This document shows positions 1 through 8,158 of a DNA stretch of 62,002 nt, one piece after another. Source of the stretch: Oscillospiraceae bacterium. Lineage in GTDB: Bacteria > Bacillota > Clostridia > Oscillospirales > UBA929. The DNA is taken from contig JAIRUE010000100.1 in NCBI GenBank assembly GCA_031254575.1, forward strand, positions 1 through 62,002. Reading direction: 5' to 3'. The first letter of the stretch is position 1, and each line of letters begins with the position of its first letter. Position numbers and translations under genes: made by a program. The notes below the pieces were generated by a model. That model was not told the DNA's origin. It searched no databases and was given only the letters and a program-made list of their open reading frames with translations.

Positions 1-344
1 CCTCCAAAGGGCACACCTCAATAGAGTTAGCGTCTTGCCTCCAGGATTGGCTAATCACGTTAATATTGATACAATCACACGGTACTTTTTTAGCGGTCGA
101 GGGGGTGTAGCGTGTTGCAGTGTACTATGGCAGCCGCAATGACCATAATGAATTCTAGCTTTTTCTTTATGCTTGCCAGCTGTAATTAAGGACGCTGATA
201 AAAAAAGACAGAAGCCATCGATATTCGCGGCATTTTCTGACTTCCAATATTATATGTGGTATAAGTCTCCTCTGCCTCTACTGGCTAAAGTGCCAAGGTC
301 AGATACGTAAAGTTGGTGCTTCCACATTTTCATAGATGGGATCG

Positions 345-899
345 TTATCTCCAGACTAAATAAAAAATACTTCTTTCTGCTATTGATTTTTTTATGACAT
401 CAAAGTAACTATCAATATTTTTAGATGTTGATATACATATCCACGTATAATCATCAAAACTTGGATATTTATATAGCCTAATTAATGTCCTCGGGTCAGT
501 TTCCGTCGCTTCAACCGGCCAAATTTTTTTGCCGTATTTTATGATGAAAGGGTATGATGCAGCTGGCTTTGAAACATTTTCCTTTTCATCATATGTCCAA
601 AATTCATCTGCACTATAAAACTTCAAGTTGTCAAAATAATCATTGTTTGTCTTAATAACAATTAACGCCGATGGATTTCTCGTGTCAGAAAATAGCTGCA
701 ATGAAATCATTTCCGTTTCCGAAGATATATCCACATTCATACGCAGATTATTTATGATTGATTCTTTTTGATCGGCTGGTATATCAGATATCACGGGGGC
801 TTTATTCATTTCATTCGTTAGTAATGTGTAGCTTACTGGAAAATATGCAATGATAAGAAGTGCAATGATTGTAGATATGAGTATAATCATTTTTTTCAT
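345..899 (-). CDS. hypothetical protein with an N-terminal membrane anchor or signal sequence (184 aa)
   Basis: ORF 345..911. The internal ATG at 899 has GGAGG 6 nt upstream. The N-terminus MKKMIILISTIIALLIIAYFP is hydrophobic. The gene is AT-rich. No family recognised. Confidence 0.5.
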   Translation of the reverse strand: MKKMIILISTIIALLIIAYFPVSYTLLTNEMNKAPVISDIPADQKESIINNLRMNVDISSETEMISLQLFSDTRNPSALIVIKTNNDYFDNLKFYSADEFWTYDEKENVSKPAASYPFIIKYGKKIWPVEATETDPRTLIRLYKYPSFDDYTWICISTSKNIDSYFDVIKKSIAERSIFYLVWR

Positions 900-1185
900 T
901 ATATCCTCCAATTATCTTCAAAAGGCAAGTGCTTTCGCGACTTAGAACCGGGATTCATAAATCATGCCACGAAACGGCGTAATAGCGTAGCAAAATGTGC
1001 GATATAAATGAAACTTTCGGCCTTTCGTTTTTCCCCCCGTCAAACCCGCGCTCGTCCGCCGCGCCTGTTTTGGCCTCTTGGGCTGCCGCCCAAACCCGCT
1101 TTTATTTGTTGCCATGCGTGTTGGGGAATCACGATAATATGAGGTATCACTCTCTTGATGGGCCGAGTTGGAGTATGCTTATTTT

Positions 1186-1932
1186 CTACGTTACTCCATA
1201 TAGTTCAAAAGGCTCGGTTTGTAATGCTTGTTTATATAGACTAATAACATTTTTAATCTCTACCAGCATACATTTGCTGTTGCCTATCATGGTGTCGGTA
1301 ATATATCCTTTTTCAAACGCTCTTTTTTGAATGGTGTACCAAGGTTTTGCAGCTGGCGTCCAACCCTCAATAAACCATTCCGATTCGGGATAGATTGTTC
1401 GGGCTTCGTTCGAAGGCTTGAATAAATTTTTTATTTCATTCGGCAAACTGTCCTCAACATAATGCATGGAGGACATCCTATAAATATCAACGCCTAATAA
1501 TAGCGCATATCCGCCGGAATCTATCAAATAATTAAACCAATCAGCAGCGTGTTTTTCAGCCTCTTTACCCCATGCGGAAACGCGGAATTGTCCTTCGCCT
1601 GTAATAACATCCGGCATTCTTCTGAATGTATCGGAAACAATACCCATACCGGATCGTTCTTCATCGCCTTTTAAAAGTTTGATTTTCAAAGTTATACCTA
1701 ATTTTTTATCCGTTTCATTAAGTGGAAGATTCGGTGAATCTTTAAACGATGGCATAACAATAGCTCCATCCTTACCAACAACAGTTTTTATCGCGTCTAT
1801 TATCGTTAAAGCGCCGCCGTCAACGTATCCAAAGCTGCTCAGAGAACAGTGTACTTCCAGCATCATCCCCAACTTAACTCCTAATTGACACAACCCATTT
1901 TCAATTTCCGTTTTTGTTATTGACACGGCCAT
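1186..1932 (-). CDS. aminoglycoside N(3)-acetyltransferase (AAC(3)/Antibiotic_NAT) family protein
   Basis: The N-terminus has the family pattern L..LGV..G..L.VH.SLSSFGYV.GGA.T.I.A....VG..G.IVMPSF, followed later by LLLGV....SS.HYVE. ATG with GGTGAG 6 nt upstream. AT-rich gene. Confidence 0.7.
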   Translation of the reverse strand: MAVSITKTEIENGLCQLGVKLGMMLEVHCSLSSFGYVDGGALTIIDAIKTVVGKDGAIVMPSFKDSPNLPLNETDKKLGITLKIKLLKGDEERSGMGIVSDTFRRMPDVITGEGQFRVSAWGKEAEKHAADWFNYLIDSGGYALLLGVDIYRMSSMHYVEDSLPNEIKNLFKPSNEARTIYPESEWFIEGWTPAAKPWYTIQKRAFEKGYITDTMIGNSKCMLVEIKNVISLYKQALQTEPFELYGVT

Positions 1933-2326
1933 ATTTATCTCACCAGCCTTTATGAATAAAATATAAATTCCCCATTATGCCAGTCGAGATACTGACCAGC
2001 GCAGAAAACAAATTTACCCTCTGCCAGTATACCATAGCCAGTCCGCAAAATCCACCTTTTTCTGCGCGAGGTTCACGCCCCGTCCCGCCCGCAGGCGGCG
2101 CGTCCTGCCAAGCTGATGGTCGCCATGCAGGGCAACGGCTTGGCAAACGTCACCCCCGCGGGAGCGCCCACGGCTACTTTGCGGCGTAGCCGAAAGTAGC
2201 AGAGTTGGTCATGCCCTTTCCAAGGAAAGGGCATGAAACGCGTCCCCGTTCCTGCTGGTGACAGATGACACATTTTTCGGAAACGGCAAAAATCCGTCAT
2301 ACCGTCACCCTTACGGGTCTTTTGCC

Positions 2327-2385
2327 AAAAAAACAACATAGCCGAACCCTCCGCCAGCGAGTTTGACCTCGCTATAGGTGGTTCG
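2327..2385 (-). terminator. candidate terminator hairpin downstream of tRNA-Ala
   Basis: On the minus strand a compound hairpin has outer arms CGAACC/GGTTCG and inner arms GCGAG/CTCGC. It is followed 8 nt later by a T7 run (plus-strand A-run 2327-2333). Confidence 0.35.
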
Positions 2386-2400
2386 ACTACGTTTTAGGGT

Positions 2401-2476
2401 TGGTGGACCCTAGGAGATTCGAACTCCTGGCCTCTGCATTGCGAACGCAGCGCTCTACCAGCTGAGCTAAGGGCCC
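2401..2476 (-). tRNA. tRNA-Ala (anticodon CGC), CCA encoded
   Basis: The reverse complement reads GGGCCCTTAGCTCAGCTGGTAGAGCGCTGCGTTCGCAATGCAGAGGCCAGGAGTTCGAATCTCCTAGGGTCCACCA. It has a 7-bp acceptor stem with the G3:U70 alanine identity pair, an anticodon loop TTCGCAA, and a GTTCGAATC T-loop. Confidence 0.95.
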
Positions 2477-2559
2477 AAGTTCGCCATTATAGAGATGCCT
2501 TTTCAACTCTTCATGGCGCAGGAAAACCTGATTACAATGCGCGTCACGACAGCTCTATC

Positions 2560-2587
2560 ATTATAACAAAAATAAATACTTTGTAAA
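2560..2587 (-). promoter_or_regulatory. sigma-A-like promoter upstream of tRNA-Ala
   Basis: The minus strand reads TTTACA, a 16-nt spacer, then TGtTATAAT (extended -10). It lies about 85 nt upstream of the tRNA 5' end. A second perfect TATAAT sits about 10 nt before the tRNA. Confidence 0.4.
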
Positions 2588-2597
2588 GGGAAAATTT

Positions 2598-3509
2598 TCA
2601 GCCGTCGGCTTTGATCCGCGCCACCAACTCCGCGATGGATTTATCCGCCGTGTCATAAGGCACTTGGCAGGTGCCGACCTGACGGTGCCCGCCGCCGTTG
2701 TATTCCAGCAAGAGCGAACCCACATTGGTTTTGGACGTGCGATTGAGGACGCTGTGCCCGACGGCAACGGCGACATTTTGCTTGGCGCGGCCATCAACAA
2801 TCCAAAGCGATATGTTCTGTTCCGGGAAGAGACTGTATACAAGGAAGCGGTTACCTGTATATATGGGTTCGACGCCGCGCAGGTCGGAGATAATAACATT
2901 GCCGTCGGTATGCGTGTATTTCAGTACCATCGCCCTGAACAGCTCGTTTTGCTCCTTGTACAGCAGAATACGCTCCTGCACGTCGGGATCTTCCAATATC
3001 TCCTCTATATTTTTTGTCCGGCAGGCATCAATGAGCTTTTCCATCAGATCGTAATTGCTGATGCGGAAAGTGCGGAACCTTCCCAAACCCGTGCGCGGAT
3101 CCATAAGATAGCCGAGCAAAACCCAGCCGGCCGGGTTGAGGATCTCGTCAATGCTCAGTTTCGCGGAATCGACTTTATCGACCGCGACAACCATCTCCTC
3201 CATGTTCGAAAGCCGGGCTTTCCCTCCGTAATACTCGTATATGACGCGTGCCGCGCTGTCCTCAAGGCGGCTTTCCCCCTCAAACTGAATGTCGCCTAAA
3301 CGCTCATGCTCGCTTGTGTGATGGTCAAACCACAGGCCGCACCCTTTCACATACGGGATGTTGGCCAATACGTCCTGCGCGTTGACCTCCACTAAACCAT
3401 CCTGAATATCTTTCGGATGAACAAACTTCCACGTCTCGATCACACCCAGTTCCTTGAGCAGGGCGCCGCAGGCCAGCCCGTCAAAATCCGACCGTGTAAG
3501 TAACCGCAT
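2598..3509 (-). CDS. DHH-superfamily phosphoesterase (exopolyphosphatase-related / NrnB-like)
   Basis: MRLLTRSDFDGLACGALL... followed by WFDHH resembles the DHH-family N-terminal motifs. ATG at 3509 has GGGGAGGA 6-7 nt upstream. The ORF-track start at 3551 is rejected. Confidence 0.65.
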   Translation of the reverse strand: MRLLTRSDFDGLACGALLKELGVIETWKFVHPKDIQDGLVEVNAQDVLANIPYVKGCGLWFDHHTSEHERLGDIQFEGESRLEDSAARVIYEYYGGKARLSNMEEMVVAVDKVDSAKLSIDEILNPAGWVLLGYLMDPRTGLGRFRTFRISNYDLMEKLIDACRTKNIEEILEDPDVQERILLYKEQNELFRAMVLKYTHTDGNVIISDLRGVEPIYTGNRFLVYSLFPEQNISLWIVDGRAKQNVAVAVGHSVLNRTSKTNVGSLLLEYNGGGHRQVGTCQVPYDTADKSIAELVARIKADG

Positions 3510-3577
3510 GTGTGTTCCTCCCCACATATTTTGCGTCACGGGAATCCTCACTTCCGCGCCCCCGCGCGAAGTCCCCC

Positions 3578-5620
3578 CTATTCTTCCTCTTCCTCCAAGT
3601 GCTTGGCCTCCTCGATGACCTTCTGCTGTACGTTGGGAGGGGTCTCCTCATACCGTTCAAATGTGAGAGAGAATGAGCCGCGCCCCTGTGTCATTGAGCG
3701 CAGATCTATGGCATACGTGTTCATCTCGGCTATCGGCACTTCCGCCTCGACAACCTGCCCGCCGTCCTCGGCGGGATTCATACCCATCACACGCCCCCGG
3801 CGTTTGTTGAGGTCTCCGATGATGTCGCCCATATAGGCGTCGGGAATAAGTACCCTCAACGCGCCAACCGGCTCAAGCAATACGGGTCCCGCCTGCGGAA
3901 GACCGGCTCTGTACGCCAGTCTGGTCGCGAGCTTAAAAGCCATTTCGGAGGAATCTACGTCATGGTACTTACCGTCGGTCAGCGTCGCCTTAAGGCCGAC
4001 GACGGGGTATCCGGCCAGTACGCCGCGCAGGACGCACTCCCGGAGCCCTTTTTCAACGGCGGGGAAATACTGTTTGGGGACGTTGCCGCCGACCACCGTC
4101 TCCTCAAAGACGACCTCCTCCGATTCCGCCGGCTCAAAGTCCATAATAACAAGGCCAAACTGCCCGTGTCCGCCGGATTGTTTTTTGTGTTTGCCTTCTA
4201 TGCCGGTGACTTTTCTGCGTATCTTTTCACGGTAAGCCACACGCGGCGCCTCTGTCTCGACTTCAACACCGAACCGGCTCTTGAGGCGTGAGCACAGGAC
4301 ATCCAGATGGATGTCGCCCTGTCCCGTGACGACAAACTGCTTGATCTCGGCGTCGTTTTTGACGGTAAACGTGAGATCTTCCTCGGCCATACGTGTAAGG
4401 CCCGACGCGATCTTCTCCTCGCCGCCCTTGGTTTTGGGCGCGAAAGCCAGCGCGTAGCACGGCTCGGGAAAGGCGATCCCCCTGAGCGCGACGGCAGGGC
4501 TGGAGGCGCACAGCGTGTCTCCTGTTTTGGTGTCGGTCAGCTTGGAAACGGCGCCGATGTCGCCGCATTTTATCTCCTTGACCTCTGTATTCTTCTTTCC
4601 CTTGACAATGAACAGATGCCCCAGCTTTTCAGCCTGCCCGCTGCGCGCGTTTTGCAGCGTCATGTCGGCGGTGACCGTGCCGGAAACGACCTTAAAGAAC
4701 GAAAATTTTCCATACTGGTCGATCAGCGTCTTGAAAACCAGCAGCGTTGCCGGACCTGCGGGATCCTGCTTAAACGGTTTGCCGTCGGCAGCCGTCTCGT
4801 CGCCCAGTTCCCCGGGAGCGGGGGCGTAGTCGGCGATGCCCTGCAACAGCAACTCGGTACCCAATCCCGTCATCGCGCAGCCGCAGAACACGGGCGTCAG
4901 AGAACCGGCCAAAACACCCGCGCGGATGCCCTTTTGCAGTTCCTCCGCTGTGAAAGGCTCCTCGCTGAAAAATTTATCCATCAGCGCCTCATCTGTTTCG
5001 GCGACATTTTCGGAAAGGGTCGCGAGATATTCCTTCACCGTGCCGGCCATGTCGGCGGGTACGGGTATCTCAGCGGGTTTGCCGCCGTTTACGGTATACG
5101 CCTTGCCGGTGACAATATTGATAACGCCGCTGACCTTATCGCCCTTGGAGGCGGGGATGACCACGGGACAGACAGAAATACCGAAGCGCTCGCGCAGCGC
5201 GTCAAACGTGCCGGAGAAGTTGGCGTTTTCCTCGTCCACCTTGGATACATAGACAAAGCGCGCTTTTCCCGCGCTGTATCTCCAGCCTTTTTCCGCCCCC
5301 ACGCCGACGCCGCTCTTCGCGCTGGCGACAATAACGGCGGTGTCCGCGACGCGCAGTCCCTGCAGCACCTCTCCGGAAAAATCAAAATAGCCGGGCGTAT
5401 CAATGACATTGAGCTTGCACTCACCAAACTCCACCGGGACGGGTGTCGCGGAGATGCTGATTTTGCGGCGGACCTCTTCGGGATCAAAGTCGCAGACGGT
5501 GTTTCCATCGGCTACCCTGCCCAAACGGTCGGTCCCGCCCGTGGCGAACAACATGCTCTCCGCGAGGGACGTCTTACCCTCGCTGCCGTGCCCCAGCAGG
5601 CAGATATTGCGGATGCCCAT
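3578..5620 (-). CDS. elongation factor G family GTPase (EF-G paralogue)
   Basis: G1 motif GHGSEGKTSL, then DTPGY, and full-length (680 aa) EF-G domain order ending in an acidic tail. SD CAGGAGAG upstream. Confidence 0.9.
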   Translation of the reverse strand: MGIRNICLLGHGSEGKTSLAESMLFATGGTDRLGRVADGNTVCDFDPEEVRRKISISATPVPVEFGECKLNVIDTPGYFDFSGEVLQGLRVADTAVIVASAKSGVGVGAEKGWRYSAGKARFVYVSKVDEENANFSGTFDALRERFGISVCPVVIPASKGDKVSGVINIVTGKAYTVNGGKPAEIPVPADMAGTVKEYLATLSENVAETDEALMDKFFSEEPFTAEELQKGIRAGVLAGSLTPVFCGCAMTGLGTELLLQGIADYAPAPGELGDETAADGKPFKQDPAGPATLLVFKTLIDQYGKFSFFKVVSGTVTADMTLQNARSGQAEKLGHLFIVKGKKNTEVKEIKCGDIGAVSKLTDTKTGDTLCASSPAVALRGIAFPEPCYALAFAPKTKGGEEKIASGLTRMAEEDLTFTVKNDAEIKQFVVTGQGDIHLDVLCSRLKSRFGVEVETEAPRVAYREKIRRKVTGIEGKHKKQSGGHGQFGLVIMDFEPAESEEVVFEETVVGGNVPKQYFPAVEKGLRECVLRGVLAGYPVVGLKATLTDGKYHDVDSSEMAFKLATRLAYRAGLPQAGPVLLEPVGALRVLIPDAYMGDIIGDLNKRRGRVMGMNPAEDGGQVVEAEVPIAEMNTYAIDLRSMTQGRGSFSLTFERYEETPPNVQQKVIEEAKHLEEEEE

Positions 5621-5775
5621 AAGCTATTCTCTCCTGTCTGTTATGTCCCGCCCCGCCGGGAACGGAAACGTATTCCTGCGTCAATACAGTATTATAAACG
5701 ATAGGCTGTGAAAAAACAAGCAGTTTTTCTGCGGAGCGGATAAACAATTTGATCCGGACCGGAAAGAGGATACAA

Positions 5776-5805
5776 TTGACAGGATAATGGATCGGGTGCT
5801 AAAAT
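5776..5805 (+). promoter_or_regulatory. sigma-A-like promoter for the 5914 gene
   Basis: TTGACA (5776-5781), an 18-nt spacer, then TAAAAT (5800-5805). Confidence 0.45.
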
Positions 5806-5913
5806 GTGAGGGGTTATCCATGAGAACGCGCTGACCGGGCATCGCTTCCCGGATAAGGGAACCGCCCGTCTTTTTGCCCTGACGGGATCAAAAACAGTCG
5901 GGAGGATGAAATT

Positions 5914-6612
5914 ATGATTCAGGACAGACGGTTTGCCCTCGCGTTCCGGTCGGGCTCTTTTTTGTTTGCCGTGGCCGGGATATTAAAACAGATCGGCGTA
6001 TTCAGCGGGAGCGTCAGTTTCGGGGCTTTCATGTATTACACTATTCTCAGCAATCTGCTTGCGGCCGCCCTGTTTGCGGTCCTCACGGCAAGAACGGCAA
6101 GGGGCTTGCGGGAGGGAACGCGCGGCGGCGCGGGATGGTACCCCCGGCTGGGGATGATCTGCGCGGTCGATCTGCTTGTGACCCTCATCGTCTTTTGGGT
6201 GCTGCTCGCGCCGCAGCAAGACGTCAGCGCGGGTTATCTTTGGACGTTTGAAAACATCGCCGTACACACCGTTACGCCGCTGTTGTGCCTGCTTGACTAT
6301 ATATTCTTTGCCGAAGCCCGGACGTTAAAATACCGGGATGTATACTATGTCTGTATATTTCCAATATGTTATGTGATTTTTACCGTAGCCGCGGGGCTGG
6401 CGGGGTATGTGTACGGATATGAGGGTATACTCAGCAGCGCGTTTTCAAGCCAAATCAACCTTGTTCCGGTCCGGTTCCCATACTTTTTCCTGGACTTCGA
6501 CAGGCTGGGGATGATGGCCGCCGTCTATATCGGAGGGATACTGATCTTTTTTCTCCTGCTCGGTCACGGCATATTCCTGATCGACCGGAAGGTGAGAAAG
6601 CCCGGACTATAA
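5914..6612 (+). CDS. Pr6Pr-family (FAR-17a/AIG1-like) integral membrane protein
   Basis: Six hydrophobic segments and the YYTILSNLL motif typical of this family. SD GGGAGGA upstream. Confidence 0.55.
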   Translation: MIQDRRFALAFRSGSFLFAVAGILKQIGVFSGSVSFGAFMYYTILSNLLAAALFAVLTARTARGLREGTRGGAGWYPRLGMICAVDLLVTLIVFWVLLAPQQDVSAGYLWTFENIAVHTVTPLLCLLDYIFFAEARTLKYRDVYYVCIFPICYVIFTVAAGLAGYVYGYEGILSSAFSSQINLVPVRFPYFFLDFDRLGMMAAVYIGGILIFFLLLGHGIFLIDRKVRKPGL

Positions 6613-6646
6613 GTGTACCCAAAAAAGGGAGAAGGGTGGGGCGAGC

Positions 6647-7528
6647 ATGGGATATACGCACGATCCTATTAAGGGCAGGATGCCGGTGCGGTCGCTGCCG
6701 GAAGGGACCGCCCTGGTGCTGGAAGGCGGCGGCACACGCGGCTTTTACAGCGCGGGCGTCTTTGAGGCGTTTATGGACGCCGGGATCATGTTCCCCTATA
6801 TTATCGGGGTTTCGGCCGGGGCGGCAAACGCGCTGTCGTATATATCGGGCCAGCCGGGGCGCAACCGCCAGATCGTGGAGCATTATGTGGCCGACCGGCG
6901 GTATGTCAGCCGCCGCAACCTGCTGCGTTACCGCTCCCTGTTCGGCATGGATTTCGTATTCCATGAGATACCGGAAAAACATCTTTTTTGGGATTGGGAA
7001 ATGTTTGAACGGCAGGACATACGTTTTTTGACCGGCGCGCTGGACTGCCAGACCGGGCGGACGGTCTGGTTTGAAAAGGGGGATATAACGCCGCGCCTTG
7101 AGGCCGTGATGGCGTCCTGCTCTATCCCGCTGCTGTCGCCCGTTGTCAGGTATAAGGGGTACGACCTGCTGGACGGAGGCGTGGCAGACCCCATCCCCAT
7201 TGAAAAATCCGTCGCGGATGGCAATAGCTTCCATGTCGTCGTGCTGACACGAAATAAGGGCTACCGCAAGGAGGCGTCCTCACACAGACGGCTCTTCAAT
7301 CTCATTTTCCGCAAGTATCCCAAAGTGGCGGAGGCTATGATGAACCGCCACGAGGTCTACACGCGGCAGCAGGCATTGTGCGAGCGTCTGGAAAAAGAAG
7401 GAAAAGCAATGATTATCCGTCCGCTGCGACCGCTGAAAATAGGGCGCTCAGAATCGGACGCCGGCAAGCTGCTGGCCCTCTATGACGAAGGCCATGAGGA
7501 AGGCGCCGCCGTTGCGGGCAGGCTGTGA
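6647..7528 (+). CDS. patatin-like phospholipase
   Basis: Oxyanion-hole motif GGGTRG, nucleophile elbow GVSAG, and a DGG catalytic Asp motif (LLDGGVADPIP). Confidence 0.85.
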   Translation: MGYTHDPIKGRMPVRSLPEGTALVLEGGGTRGFYSAGVFEAFMDAGIMFPYIIGVSAGAANALSYISGQPGRNRQIVEHYVADRRYVSRRNLLRYRSLFGMDFVFHEIPEKHLFWDWEMFERQDIRFLTGALDCQTGRTVWFEKGDITPRLEAVMASCSIPLLSPVVRYKGYDLLDGGVADPIPIEKSVADGNSFHVVVLTRNKGYRKEASSHRRLFNLIFRKYPKVAEAMMNRHEVYTRQQALCERLEKEGKAMIIRPLRPLKIGRSESDAGKLLALYDEGHEEGAAVAGRL

Positions 7529-7629
7529 CGGCCCGCAACCGGCCCGCGCGCAAATTAAAGATGCGGTCGCCAAGGGCATAGTGACGGCGCTCCGTGCCGC
7601 CGCTCTTCGGCAAAATTTTGCAAAACTCC

Positions 7630-7658
7630 TTGACATCCGCGCAATTGGGGTATATCCT
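7630..7658 (+). promoter_or_regulatory. possible sigma-A promoter for the leader RNA
   Basis: TTGACA at 7630-7635. The -10 is imperfect: TATCCT at 17-nt spacing or TATATC at 15 nt. Weak call. Confidence 0.3.
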
Positions 7659-7659
7659 A

Positions 7660-7960
7660 TATGCAAGAAGTCGGCTTGTCCGGTTTTTGCGCAAAGACCA
7701 GCCCCGCGGCAGACTTTGGTGTTCCACCACCAGAGCCCTGCGAAGGTGATCAGGGCACCTTACGCAACCGTTTCCCGGCGCCACGAGGTAACCCCATTAT
7801 ACACAGTTTCGCGTACCCTTTCAAGTGGGGGTTACAGGCAGTCCGGGGCGGGCAGACCGCGATTTTTCGCGTGTGTCGTAAGGTAAAGGCGGTACGTCCG
7901 CCCACCTTCGGCGCACGCTTTATTTGCGCCTCTTTCTCAGGCAAGCCGGCTCTTGGAAAA
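7660..7960 (+). ncRNA. candidate structured leader or ncRNA of unknown class
   Basis: About 300 nt with no credible ORF. Nested complementary pairs: 7665-7678/7942-7954, 7689-7695/7923-7929, 7758-7764/7877-7883, 7788-7795/7828-7835. Local hairpins at 7736-7755 and 7858-7871. A GGCGCA/TGCGCC hairpin at 7910-7930 is followed by TCTTTCTC. Confidence 0.3.
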
Positions 7961-7991
7961 GAAATACTTTTAGAGTTGAGGAGGCAGGACT

Positions 7992-8126
7992 ATGTGCCCG
8001 TATTATGACGCTTACAGAAAATGTTGCAAGCTGTATGACACCTATCAGGCCGATTACCAGATTCAGGCGTACTGCACATCCGGGAATTGGGGTCAGTGTG
8101 CGAATTACGAAGCGTACAACAAATAA
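7992..8126 (+). CDS. 44-aa Cys/Tyr-rich microprotein (not in the ORF track)
   Basis: Hand translation: MCPYYDAYRKCCKLYDTYQADYQIQAYCTSGNWGQCANYEAYNK. GAGGAGG at 7978-7984 lies 7 nt before the ATG. Stop TAA at 8124-8126. Confidence 0.5.
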   Translation: MCPYYDAYRKCCKLYDTYQADYQIQAYCTSGNWGQCANYEAYNK

Positions 8127-8158
8127 CTGCGTCGGCAAAACGAGAAGGAGGCAGGGCA

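Noticed and set aside
995-1330. 111-aa plus-strand ORF between the two AT-rich genes
   Set aside because: It overlaps the 3' end of the AAC(3)-family gene on the opposite strand, has no SD and gives an implausible product.
1-2400. Direct repeat of the tRNA-Ala 3' end marking an integrative element
   Set aside because: I looked for a second copy of TGGTGGACCCTAGGAGATTCGAA or its core and did not see one. The integrative-element idea therefore stays a hypothesis only.
4307-5704. 465-aa ORF on the plus strand
   Set aside because: It is entirely antisense to the well-supported EF-G gene. It has Arg/Ala/Gly-rich low-complexity composition and no SD. This is a typical stop-poor antisense frame of GC-rich DNA.
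7505-7530. Hairpin GTTGCGGGC...GCCCGCAAC at the end of the patatin gene as an intrinsic terminator
   Set aside because: It has a good 9-bp stem but no following T tract and it overlaps the stop codon. It is kept only as a possible Rho-independent-like pause, not annotated.
7660-7960. Identity of the leader as SRP RNA, RNase P RNA, tmRNA, 6S RNA, T-box or a known riboswitch
   Set aside because: It lacks GGAAAGTCC (RNase P), the GGAA-loop CAGGUCCGGAAGGAAGCAGC (SRP), a tRNA-like GGGG...CCA end with a tag ORF (tmRNA), AGGGUGGNACCGCG (T-box) and the core motifs of the common riboswitch classes. 6S cannot be excluded from primary sequence, but the length and the downstream RBS context argue for a leader.
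7413-8008. ORFs 7482..7886(+), 7661..8008(+), 7413..7784(-), 7750..7944(-) in the leader region
   Set aside because: They have no SD, overlap one another in several frames, and give Arg/Pro/Ala-rich products. The region is better explained as non-coding structured RNA.
8087-8158. Longer start (8087) for the repeat protein
   Set aside because: The extension overlaps the end of the 44-aa ORF and has no SD, whereas ATG 8159 follows GAAGGAGG.
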